A stretch of DNA of 36,138 nt, from the UHGV virus genome UHGV-0014975. One strand, given 5' to 3'. The DNA is from a virus. Both the position numbers and the translations under genes were made by a program. The notes beneath the pieces are model-generated. The model was not told the origin of the DNA. It saw only the letters and a program-made list of their open reading frames with translations, and searched no databases. This document shows, in pieces, positions 16,337 through 24,172 of this stretch; position 1 is the stretch's first letter, and every line of letters starts with the position of its first letter.

Positions 16337-17851
16337 TTGGGACTAATTCAGTCAATTAAAAGCTTATTTAGAAAGGGGGCGGAGGCTATCTTGCCAGTTC
16401 AAAGTCTAAACTCGATCTTGGACCATCCGAAGATCAACTTAGAGTCAGAAGAATACAACAGAATCATTGAAAGCCTCAGATACTATGAGGGTAAGCATGA
16501 TGATATTCAATTTAAGAATAGCAACGGAAAGACAAAAAAACGCCCTTTTTCTAGCATTAACATGATGAAAAAAGTTGCTGGGCAGTATGCAACAGTAGTT
16601 TTCAATGAGCAATGTGAGATTGAAGTAGATGGTGATGCAAAAGAGTTCATCGAAAAAGTATTCGAACACAACGATTTCAAGAAGAACTTTGCTAAGTATC
16701 TAGAGCCAATGTTTGCCCTTGGTGGCCTAGCATGTAGACCGTATTTGGATAAGAAAACCAATCAGATTGAATTTTCTTGGGCATTAGCAGATGCGTTTTA
16801 TCCATTAGATAGTAATTCAAATAATATTAGTGAATGTGCTATTCCTTTCAGGACTATTCGTACAGAAGGCGGAAAACAGGTCTATTACACACTGCTAGAA
16901 TTTCATGAATGGCAAGAAAATGGGATGTATACAGTCACAAATGAGCTATATCGATCGGAGATTCCAGAAATAGTAGGATCGCAGGTCGATTTATCTTTGC
17001 TTTATGATGATCTAGAACCTCAGTCAACTTTCAATACAGGCATATTATCCAGACCGTTATTCGCATATCTAAAAACAAGTGGGTTTAATAATATTTCTCC
17101 TTATTCTCCCTTGGGATTAGGTGTTTGTGATAACTGTAAGAAGACATTAGACCGTATTAACCGGACGTTTGACGAATTCAACGAGGAAATCAGACGAGGA
17201 AAGAGACGGATCGCTGCGAGTGAGATGCTTCTGAAAAGTCGTGTAGAGAATGGCCAGGTCAAAATGTACTTTGATGATGACGAAGACATTTTCCAAATTA
17301 TCCCTGGGGCCAATATGGATGATTACACAATCAAAGATCTAACCACTAGCATTCGGACAACGGAATACGTTGCTGCGATCAACCATCATCTGAGAACCTT
17401 GGAAATGGAAACAAATCTTTCTAGCGGAACATTTAGTTTCGATAGTTCTGGAAAGTTATCCACAAAAACTGCTACAGAAGTGGTCAGCGAGAACTCTCAA
17501 ACTTATCAGACACGATCAATGCAAATCACCAATATCGAAAAGTTTGTTAAGGAACTGGTTATCACTGTTTGCGAGCTAGGTAAATCATTAAACGTCTACG
17601 ATGGTTCAATTCCGTCATTTGATGATATAGGTGTCAATTTTGATGATGGAGCATTTACATCGACGAGTGAAAAACTCACGTTTTATCAGCAACTGATAAC
17701 GCTAGGTTATCCAGTTAATAAAGCTTTTGAGAAGATTTTGAATCTTCCAGAAGACGAAGCATTGGAACTTTATCAGTTAGGATTGCGACAAAGTGCGGAT
17801 AAGTTATCCGGAATGATGTCTAATGCAGGTCTACCAGAGGAAATGGAGTGA
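16337..17851 (+). CDS. Portal protein (SPP1 gp6-like)
   Basis: 504 aa, TTG start 6 nt after AGGAGG; size and position after TerL; typical portal core composition. Confidence 0.8.
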   Translation: MGLIQSIKSLFRKGAEAILPVQSLNSILDHPKINLESEEYNRIIESLRYYEGKHDDIQFKNSNGKTKKRPFSSINMMKKVAGQYATVVFNEQCEIEVDGDAKEFIEKVFEHNDFKKNFAKYLEPMFALGGLACRPYLDKKTNQIEFSWALADAFYPLDSNSNNISECAIPFRTIRTEGGKQVYYTLLEFHEWQENGMYTVTNELYRSEIPEIVGSQVDLSLLYDDLEPQSTFNTGILSRPLFAYLKTSGFNNISPYSPLGLGVCDNCKKTLDRINRTFDEFNEEIRRGKRRIAASEMLLKSRVENGQVKMYFDDDEDIFQIIPGANMDDYTIKDLTTSIRTTEYVAAINHHLRTLEMETNLSSGTFSFDSSGKLSTKTATEVVSENSQTYQTRSMQITNIEKFVKELVITVCELGKSLNVYDGSIPSFDDIGVNFDDGAFTSTSEKLTFYQQLITLGYPVNKAFEKILNLPEDEALELYQLGLRQSADKLSGMMSNAGLPEEME

Positions 17852-17855
17852 TTAA

Positions 17856-19004
17856 ATGGCAATCACTCAACGACAACTAGACATTAAATCTGCTGCAATA
17901 CAAGATTCTTACTTAACTCTTGAAGAAGAAATTATGCAGCTAGTTGTTGATCGATTAAAGATTAAAACTAATGCAGAACTCTCCAAGGATACTGTTTTTC
18001 AGTGGTATCTTGAAAAATTGGATCAACTGGGGCTACTTAACTGGGAGACAATCAATGAGTTGGTTGAGGAAACCAACGGTGTTACCAAGAATGAGCTAGC
18101 CGATATTGTTACAAAAGAAGGCTACAAGAAGAATCTGCAAGAAAACAAGAAACTTGCTAATTTGGCCAAAACACCCGTTAAAGAATGGACTAACTTGGAT
18201 CAAATACTCAACCAATATTTCGAAAGTCAATGGTTAGATTTTGAGAATCATATCAATCAGACACTTTTGTCTACCAATTATCAAGTAAACTCAATTGCAA
18301 AGATGTATCAGCAAGTTCTGAATGATACGGTCGCAAGAATCATCGGGGGTCTGGTAACGCCACAGAAAGCTTTTAGAAGGGCAATCTATGAAATGGTTCA
18401 AAAAGGGATTGATGTCAGTCTAAAAGACAAGTCAGGGAAGTCGTGGACGCTTGAGGCGTATGTACGTACCGTGATCAAATCAACAACAGGCACTGTATTT
18501 AATGATTTGAGACTCGAAAGAGGTATAAACGAATATGGAATAGTTACAGCTCTTATGAGTCATCATCCGGCAGCTCGTGATGCTTGTAGCAAGATCCAGG
18601 GTAAATATGTTCTGATGGTTCCTAAAGCTCAAGCACCTGCAGAATACCGTCACTTACCTAGCGTATACGACTATGGTTGGAAGACACCTGCCGGATGTAA
18701 CGGTATTAATTGTAATCATCGTTGGTATTCTCAACTACCTATGGAAGATACTGGCATGACTGATCCTGTGAACCCAGAAATTGCTCAACAAAACGCTAAA
18801 ATTGTTGCTAAACAACGAAGATTAGAGCGATCAATTAGAATGGCTAAGAAATCTCTCAAGGCTTCCGAATGGTTAGGCGATCAAGAAGACATCGAACACT
18901 TTAAATCGATTGTACGAGCAAGACAAGCTGTCCTGCGACAATTTATTGAAGACAACAAAACTCTTTTACATCGATCATATGATCGGGAACAAGTTTATTC
19001 ATAA
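17856..19004 (+). CDS. Minor head protein (SPP1 gp7 / Mu F-like head morphogenesis protein)
   Basis: 382 aa immediately after the portal; central region ...MSHHPAARDACSKIQGKYV...GCNGINCNHRW typical of this family. Confidence 0.7.
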   Translation: MAITQRQLDIKSAAIQDSYLTLEEEIMQLVVDRLKIKTNAELSKDTVFQWYLEKLDQLGLLNWETINELVEETNGVTKNELADIVTKEGYKKNLQENKKLANLAKTPVKEWTNLDQILNQYFESQWLDFENHINQTLLSTNYQVNSIAKMYQQVLNDTVARIIGGLVTPQKAFRRAIYEMVQKGIDVSLKDKSGKSWTLEAYVRTVIKSTTGTVFNDLRLERGINEYGIVTALMSHHPAARDACSKIQGKYVLMVPKAQAPAEYRHLPSVYDYGWKTPAGCNGINCNHRWYSQLPMEDTGMTDPVNPEIAQQNAKIVAKQRRLERSIRMAKKSLKASEWLGDQEDIEHFKSIVRARQAVLRQFIEDNKTLLHRSYDREQVYS

Positions 19005-19126
19005 TCCATATCCAAAAGTCTAGTATTGCTGGGCTTTTTTGTTTTGCTTTAGACCTGCTCGGATGTCTCTAAAAGACGGACTCGAAGCGGGAGTTGCCGC
19101 TCTAAAAACACTTAGGAGGAATATTG

Positions 19127-19693
19127 ATGAAAAAAGAAGACTTAATCGCTTTAGGAATTGACGAAGATACGGCTAAAAATGTGATGGCTTTGCACGGTAA
19201 GACAGTAACGCAACTTAATGCGCAAGTAGCTACCGCAGAAAGTGAGCGTGACAGTGCGAAACAGGAACTGCAAGCCAACCAAGCTGAATTAGACACGTTG
19301 AAAGAATCAGCAAAAGGTAATGAAGATCTCGAAAAGCAACTTGCTGACTTACAAACAAAGTTTGACGAATCAAAAACCAATTCCGAAAAGCAATTTGCTG
19401 AACAACAGAAAGATTTTGCTATCAAATTGGCGCTTAAAGAAGCACAGGCGCTTGATGAGGACATTGTCCTTACTCAATTAGACAAGGACACGATTAAAGT
19501 CGTTGATGGCAAATTACAAGGATTTGATGAACAACTAAAATCCCTACAAGAAAGCAAAGCATTCTTATTTCAGCAACAAGAACAAAACGAGGATAAACCA
19601 ACTCCTACGATCTTTGCTGGGGGCATTCCTAAAGGAGCTGGCAGCAATGAAAAAACGATGGTACAAAAAATTCAAGAAAGATTAGGTGAATAA
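19127..19693 (+). CDS. Scaffolding protein
   Basis: 188 aa, acidic, almost entirely coiled-coil ([45 protein letters not shown]); AGGAGG RBS 7 nt upstream; precedes the capsid gene. Confidence 0.75.
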   Translation: MKKEDLIALGIDEDTAKNVMALHGKTVTQLNAQVATAESERDSAKQELQANQAELDTLKESAKGNEDLEKQLADLQTKFDESKTNSEKQFAEQQKDFAIKLALKEAQALDEDIVLTQLDKDTIKVVDGKLQGFDEQLKSLQESKAFLFQQQEQNEDKPTPTIFAGGIPKGAGSNEKTMVQKIQERLGE

Positions 19694-19695
19694 AT

Positions 19696-20556
19696 ATGGC
19701 TTTAGTATTAGACAGTAAAGACTTAGCAACTATTGATAAGGAATTCCGTGCCGATTCTCAAGTTTGGGATGTTCTGACCCAAGGAGCAAAGAGCATCACT
19801 GCGGCTGACTTTGTCGGAGCAAATGAAGTCCGAATTAATAAAATGAGTGGATTTGTGGAAGCAACACAATATAAACGTAATCAAGACAATGCTAGAAGTG
19901 CAGTTAGCATTGAGAAGGAAACGATCAAACTTACTCATGAAGACTGGTTTGCATATGATGTAGATCAGTTAGATCAATCTGAGAGTGCAGCTTTGACAAT
20001 TAACAATGTTGTAACTGAACATAAACGATTGATTACCGTTCCTCATCGTGACAAAGTGGCTATTCAAGTTATGTTCGACAATGCAGGTAAAAAAATCAAT
20101 GAAACTCTGACTGCGGCAAATATTCTCACTGCATATGACGCTGCAGAAGAATACATGACAGACAATGAAGTTCCTGGCGGATATGTGATGTTTGTTTCGG
20201 CAGCTACTTATCGATTATTGAAAAATGCTGATGGAGTCAGCAAAACTTTCTCCACAAATCAAATGCAGATTAACGGAATCAATCGTACGGTTGCTCAAAT
20301 TGACGGTGGTGTGCCAATCATCAAAGTTGCAAAAGGCCGTATGTCTGGTTTGACAATTGAAGACACTGTAAACTTTATCATTACACCACTAACAGCAATT
20401 GCTCCAATCGTTAAATTTGGTACGGTTGACACTGTTCCGGCTAGTCAAGATCGCAATGGCTACCGTGATACAATTAAAGGTTTGGACTATTACGATGCGA
20501 TTGTATTTGATAATGCTAAAAAAGCAATTTATGTATCTTACGTCCCAAAAGCGTAG
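19696..20556 (+). CDS. Major capsid protein
   Basis: 286 aa, position after the scaffold, HK97-fold-like composition; ends ...SYVPKA* with a slippery site in the last codons. Confidence 0.75.
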   Translation: MALVLDSKDLATIDKEFRADSQVWDVLTQGAKSITAADFVGANEVRINKMSGFVEATQYKRNQDNARSAVSIEKETIKLTHEDWFAYDVDQLDQSESAALTINNVVTEHKRLITVPHRDKVAIQVMFDNAGKKINETLTAANILTAYDAAEEYMTDNEVPGGYVMFVSAATYRLLKNADGVSKTFSTNQMQINGINRTVAQIDGGVPIIKVAKGRMSGLTIEDTVNFIITPLTAIAPIVKFGTVDTVPASQDRNGYRDTIKGLDYYDAIVFDNAKKAIYVSYVPKA

Positions 20557-20813
20557 CCCCATCAGGAGTGACGTTAGATCAAACGACGTTATCTCTTGAA
20601 GTTGGGGGCACAGCGACGTTGAAAGCTACCGTTTCGCCTGCAGAAGCAAGTGACAAATCAGTTCAATTTAGTTCAAGCGATACGGGAATTGCGACTGTCA
20701 CTCCTGTACAAGGGAAAGTAACAGCGGTAGCGGCTGGATCTACAACGATCACAGCAACAACAGTAAATGGCAAAACTGCAACTTGCCAAGTCACCGTGAC
20801 GGAGGGAGCTTAA
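20550..20813 (+). CDS. -1 frame Big_2 (bacterial Ig-like) extension of the major capsid protein via programmed ribosomal frameshift
   Basis: The -1 frame is open from 20514 to 20813. The canonical X_XXY_YYZ heptamer C_CCA_AAA (20544..20550) sits two codons before the capsid stop. After the slip the reading is ...[85 protein letters not shown] (Big_2 signature). Confidence 0.7.
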   Translation, partial: SVAPSGVTLDQTTLSLEVGGTATLKATVSPAEASDKSVQFSSSDTGIATVTPVQGKVTAVAAGSTTITATTVNGKTATCQVTVTEGA

Positions 20814-20828
20814 TAAGCTCTCTTTTTT
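20806..20828 (+). terminator. Terminator after the capsid gene
   Basis: GAGCTT-aat-AAGCTC hairpin followed by TCTTTTTT. Confidence 0.5.
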
Positions 20829-20842
20829 GGAAGGAGGGACTT

Positions 20843-21232
20843 ATGGCTTACTTGACTTATACGGAATACAATGAAATCGGATATACATCAATGACTGAAG
20901 ACGAGTTCGATGAGTTAGTCAACAAAGCTTGTGATCTTGTTGATGTACAAACAAGAAATTTTTATCAGTTCAACGATTTAGAATCTGACATTGACTTTCG
21001 CAAATCGAAATTCAAAAAGGCAGTTGCAGCTCAAATAGAATATATGTATCAAGCGAATGCTACTTCGACACTTGAGATCAACAGTCCTCAAAGCTGGTCA
21101 GTAGATGGTATGAGCGTAACTGAAGCTAGCAGATACAATAATACAGGAGCAAACGAGTCGCCCTCTATTATGTCCGACGATGCTATCCTGCTTTTATCAG
21201 GTACAGGGTTGCTGTTTAGGGGGCTAGGGTAA
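20843..21232 (+). CDS. Head-tail connector / DNA-packaging adaptor (gp6-like, SPP1 gp15-like)
   Basis: MAYLTYTEYNEIGYTSMTEDEFDELVNKACDLVDV..., an N-terminal signature of the phage gp6-like head-tail connector family; RBS GGAGGG. Confidence 0.65.
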   Translation: MAYLTYTEYNEIGYTSMTEDEFDELVNKACDLVDVQTRNFYQFNDLESDIDFRKSKFKKAVAAQIEYMYQANATSTLEINSPQSWSVDGMSVTEASRYNNTGANESPSIMSDDAILLLSGTGLLFRGLG

Positions 21233-21570
21233 TGGGTTATTATCGTTTACCACCAAAAAAAGCGTTCTGTCACACGATTACCTATAAGGAAGTAATCGGG
21301 GAAGATGACTGGCAAAAGCCTATTACCAAAGATTGGACGGTTGAAAACTGTTGGTTTAACTTTGCTTCAAAGTTCACTCGTTCAGGAATAAACTCTACTG
21401 ATGATGCTCCAAACGCTTCGGTAACTATGACAGATCGATTCTGTGGACCTCTACCAGATTTCAAAGTAGCAACCAAAATTGAGTTCAAAGGTGATGAGTT
21501 TACAATTATTACTTCTAAACCGTTGATTCTAAATGGACAGTCCATCGGTTGGCGACTGGAGGTAGTCTGA
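21232..21570 (+). CDS. Head closure / head-tail joining protein
   Basis: 112 aa, TAATG-coupled; position between the connector and tail genes. Confidence 0.5.
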   Translation: MGYYRLPPKKAFCHTITYKEVIGEDDWQKPITKDWTVENCWFNFASKFTRSGINSTDDAPNASVTMTDRFCGPLPDFKVATKIEFKGDEFTIITSKPLILNGQSIGWRLEVV

Positions 21571-21899
21571 TGTCGATCAAAGTTGATTTAAGTGGAGTTA
21601 GGAAAAAGCTGTCAACTGAAAACTTTGAGCGTGGTCAATTTAATATGGCATCAAGGATGCATTCAACGATGAACGAAAACTTTGTTCCTGAAAAAGACGG
21701 CGATCTACGTAAAATGAGTAATGTCGCTCCAGATGGTAGTCAGATTGAATGGATTTCCGTTTACGCTAGACGCCAATTCTATGCGCCGGGCGGTTGGAAG
21801 TACACGACTCCAGGAACCGGACCAAGGTGGGATCTAAAAGCAGAAGCAATCTTTATGAGCGACTGGATAAAAGCATTTAAGAAAGGAGCCGGGTTGTAG
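21570..21899 (+). CDS. Head-tail joining protein (HK97 gp10-like)
   Basis: Start MSIKVDLSG (ATGA overlap, GGAGG RBS); ...WISVYARRQFYAPGGWKYTTPGTGPRW motif region. Confidence 0.5.
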   Translation: MSIKVDLSGVRKKLSTENFERGQFNMASRMHSTMNENFVPEKDGDLRKMSNVAPDGSQIEWISVYARRQFYAPGGWKYTTPGTGPRWDLKAEAIFMSDWIKAFKKGAGL

Positions 21900-22306
21900 T
21901 GGACTTTATAGAACGCTTAAATCAATCAGTGAATACTATTCCAAACTTACCGCTTAAATGTGTTCTGGGATATCTGCCACCAAAGGATGAAGCTTTTGTT
22001 TTGTACCCGTTAGCAGGTGGCCAAGTGACCCAAGAATTCTTTGACGGTACAAAAGATCAAGAGTTGAACTTTGAATTTGCAATGAAGTCACAAGATCAGC
22101 AGAAAATAAGTAATGCACTTTGGCTTGTGCAAAATTATCTAGAAGAGCTGTCGGAACTAAATAGTTCTGATGGCTCTTTTGATTTCGACTCTATTAGCAT
22201 TACAAACAAACCATTTATCAATCAACTGGATGAAATAGGTACTTACATCTTTTTGGTTGATATTAAAGCAAAAATCACAACTTATCCTAAGGGGGAAACA
22301 AACTAA
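21899..22306 (+). CDS. Tail completion / tail-to-head joining protein
   Basis: GTG start overlapping the previous stop; 135 aa; position immediately before the major tail protein. Confidence 0.5.
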   Translation: MDFIERLNQSVNTIPNLPLKCVLGYLPPKDEAFVLYPLAGGQVTQEFFDGTKDQELNFEFAMKSQDQQKISNALWLVQNYLEELSELNSSDGSFDFDSISITNKPFINQLDEIGTYIFLVDIKAKITTYPKGETN

Positions 22307-22764
22307 TGGCAAGAAAAAAGAACGCCCTACGGCAACATTTTGTTGCTGACTATGATGCAACTAAGCCAGACACTAAACCATTGGAAGACGCCTATAAGAA
22401 ATTTGGGCGCTACGTAACGACTGTTGAAGATGATGGCGATGTGCAATCGGAAGATTATGCCGATTACGCAGGCGATGGTACTTTATCAACCGATGTTACT
22501 GGCGTAACCGAAAAATGGAATTTTTCTGGTTATTGGGATCCAGAGCAAAAAGCGCAGCAACTTGTCAAAAAGAAAAAACGTGCTAAAGGCAATGATCGAA
22601 AAGTTTGGCATAAAATCATTGAAACAGACGGAACGACAATCGAAGGAGTTGGAACTCTTAGCGAGAAGATCGTAGCAGGTTCTGGGGAAGCTTCTGATTG
22701 GGAAGAATTCAGTTGTGCTATCACTTATGACAAAACACCAGAAGTAACGGAACCTACACCCTAA
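22306..22764 (+). CDS. Major tail protein
   Basis: 152 aa; position between head-tail joining genes and chaperones/TMP; ends CCC_TAA, a shifty stop leading into the FN3 extension. Confidence 0.65.
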   Translation: MARKKNALRQHFVADYDATKPDTKPLEDAYKKFGRYVTTVEDDGDVQSEDYADYAGDGTLSTDVTGVTEKWNFSGYWDPEQKAQQLVKKKKRAKGNDRKVWHKIIETDGTTIEGVGTLSEKIVAGSGEASDWEEFSCAITYDKTPEVTEPTP

Positions 22765-23104
22765 TGCTCCCCGGAACGTAACCGGGGAAATCAAAGAAGA
22801 TGGATCTATTTCTCTTGGTTGGGATGCTGTAGATGATGCTCAAGCTTATCTTGTGCATTACGGTAATGCGAATCAATCGGAACCAACCCAAGCTGTTAAT
22901 ATGGGCTACACAGAAACAACTAGCTGGACTTTAGCAACAGGTGATGTACCAGAGCTTACAACTGGAGATAAGATTTATCTCTATGTTCAGACTTACAGAG
23001 AAAAAGGTGTAGGCGCAACGGATGTTGAGAAAGCACGTTTCTTGCATGACGGTCCATATACTGGTTCAGCTTGGTCAACACCAACTATTTTAACTAAAGA
23101 CTAA
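22760..23104 (+). CDS. +1 frame FN3-domain extension of the major tail protein via programmed +1 frameshift
   Basis: The +1 frame is open from 22748 to 23104. The slip is at CCC_UAA (22759..22764), with tRNA-Pro re-pairing on CCU. The continuation NAPRNVTGEIKEDGSISLGWDAVDDAQAYLVHYG...TSWTLATGD...GDKIYLYVQTY is a classic fibronectin type III pattern. Same arrangement as SPP1 gp17.1* and Listeria phage PSA Tsh-L. Confidence 0.65.
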   Translation, partial: PNAPRNVTGEIKEDGSISLGWDAVDDAQAYLVHYGNANQSEPTQAVNMGYTETTSWTLATGDVPELTTGDKIYLYVQTYREKGVGATDVEKARFLHDGPYTGSAWSTPTILTKD

Positions 23105-23149
23105 AAGGGAGGGCTTATTGCCCTCTTTTTTTATTAGGAGGAAACAAAC

Positions 23150-23593
23150 ATGCAATTTGAAATTAAACGTTCTGGATTTCCTATTAACATCGGAAAAATT
23201 GAGTTTTTCTTTGGGACAACAGTCGAGGAATTAACACGCTTTTTCGATGTTCAAGACGAAGTCGAAGAAAAGATTGCGCCATTGGTGAAAAAGCGAGAAA
23301 AATTAGTGATCGATCAAGAAAATATTACTAAACGTGATGCTGAAAGTCTTATTGAGATCTCTAATGAACTTAATGCTATTCAGTACGATGCACTTCTTGG
23401 TGATGGATCCTATGAAAAAATCTATTCGAAGTACCAAGATGCAATTCAATTGTTCGATTTATTTGATCAAATCTTTGAGAACATTATTGAAGCGATTGAA
23501 AACTATGCAAAAGAGCGTGAAGACAAGTTAGCACAACGCAAAGCAAATATGCTGAAGAAGAAAGCTCTTAAAAACAAAAAGAAGAAAAAGTAG
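23150..23593 (+). CDS. Tail assembly chaperone-like protein (gpG position)
   Basis: 147 aa, acidic with a Lys-rich C-terminal tail; strong RBS AGGAGGAAACAAAC-ATG; sits between the major tail protein and the TMP. Confidence 0.5.
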   Translation: MQFEIKRSGFPINIGKIEFFFGTTVEELTRFFDVQDEVEEKIAPLVKKREKLVIDQENITKRDAESLIEISNELNAIQYDALLGDGSYEKIYSKYQDAIQLFDLFDQIFENIIEAIENYAKEREDKLAQRKANMLKKKALKNKKKKK

Positions 23594-23602
23594 GTGATCT
23601 AG

Positions 23603-24172
23603 ATGCGGTTGAATGACCCATTGACCACTGAAATTGAATTTGAAGGTAGTGTGTATCCACTTGATCTGGCTTTTGATAATGTCTTGGATGTTTTAGATAC
23701 CATCTCTGACAGGTCTTTGATGGCTTGGGAAAAGGTTGATTTAGCTCTCAATCTTCTTGTAGGTGAATCTAATCTTACCTTCGAGAAACAAATGGAGCTT
23801 TGGGAGTTGATTTTGAATCGACATATTCAGATCGGAAGTCAAGAGAAAGTGATTTATGACTTAGAAGGCAATCCTATGCCAACACCTAAATCTTCTGATG
23901 ACAAAAAGAGTATGGACTTGGTCCAAGATGCTAAGTACATATATGCCTCCTTCCGTCAAATCGGCATTAATCTTTTTGAGGAGCAAGGGAAAATGCACTG
24001 GGAAGAATTTCAAGCTATCCTAGAAAGCCTTCCAGATGACACAATTCTTCCAAAAATTGTTCAAATCCGCAACTGGTCGCCTAGTAAAGGTGAAAGCGAA
24101 AAGGAAAAAGAGCGCATGAGAGAACTGCAAGCCAAATACTCCTTAAACAAGGAGGTGGATGCTGATGGCTGA
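23603..24172 (+). CDS. Tail assembly chaperone-like protein 2 (gpT position)
   Basis: 189 aa; same frame as the upstream gene, separated by two stop codons; stop overlaps the TMP start region. Confidence 0.5.
   Translation: MRLNDPLTTEIEFEGSVYPLDLAFDNVLDVLDTISDRSLMAWEKVDLALNLLVGESNLTFEKQMELWELILNRHIQIGSQEKVIYDLEGNPMPTPKSSDDKKSMDLVQDAKYIYASFRQIGINLFEEQGKMHWEEFQAILESLPDDTILPKIVQIRNWSPSKGESEKEKERMRELQAKYSLNKEVDADG

Noticed and set aside
15897-17313. Minus-strand ORFs within the TerL/portal genes (15897..16103, 16445..16669, 16507..16761, 17101..17313)
   Set aside because: Antisense to large, well-supported structural genes
19102-19464. 120-aa Ser/Cys-rich minus-strand ORF
   Set aside because: Antisense to the scaffolding gene; low-complexity; strand and context favour the scaffold
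20399-20599. 66-aa plus-strand ORF in an alternative frame at the capsid 3' end
   Set aside because: Out of frame relative to both the capsid and the Big_2 extension; not the frame reached by the CCCAAAA slip
21282-22794. Minus-strand ORFs 21282..21545, 22157..22360, 22486..22794, 22530..22724 and plus-strand 23334..23531
   Set aside because: Antisense or alternative-frame ORFs within head-tail joining, major tail and chaperone genes
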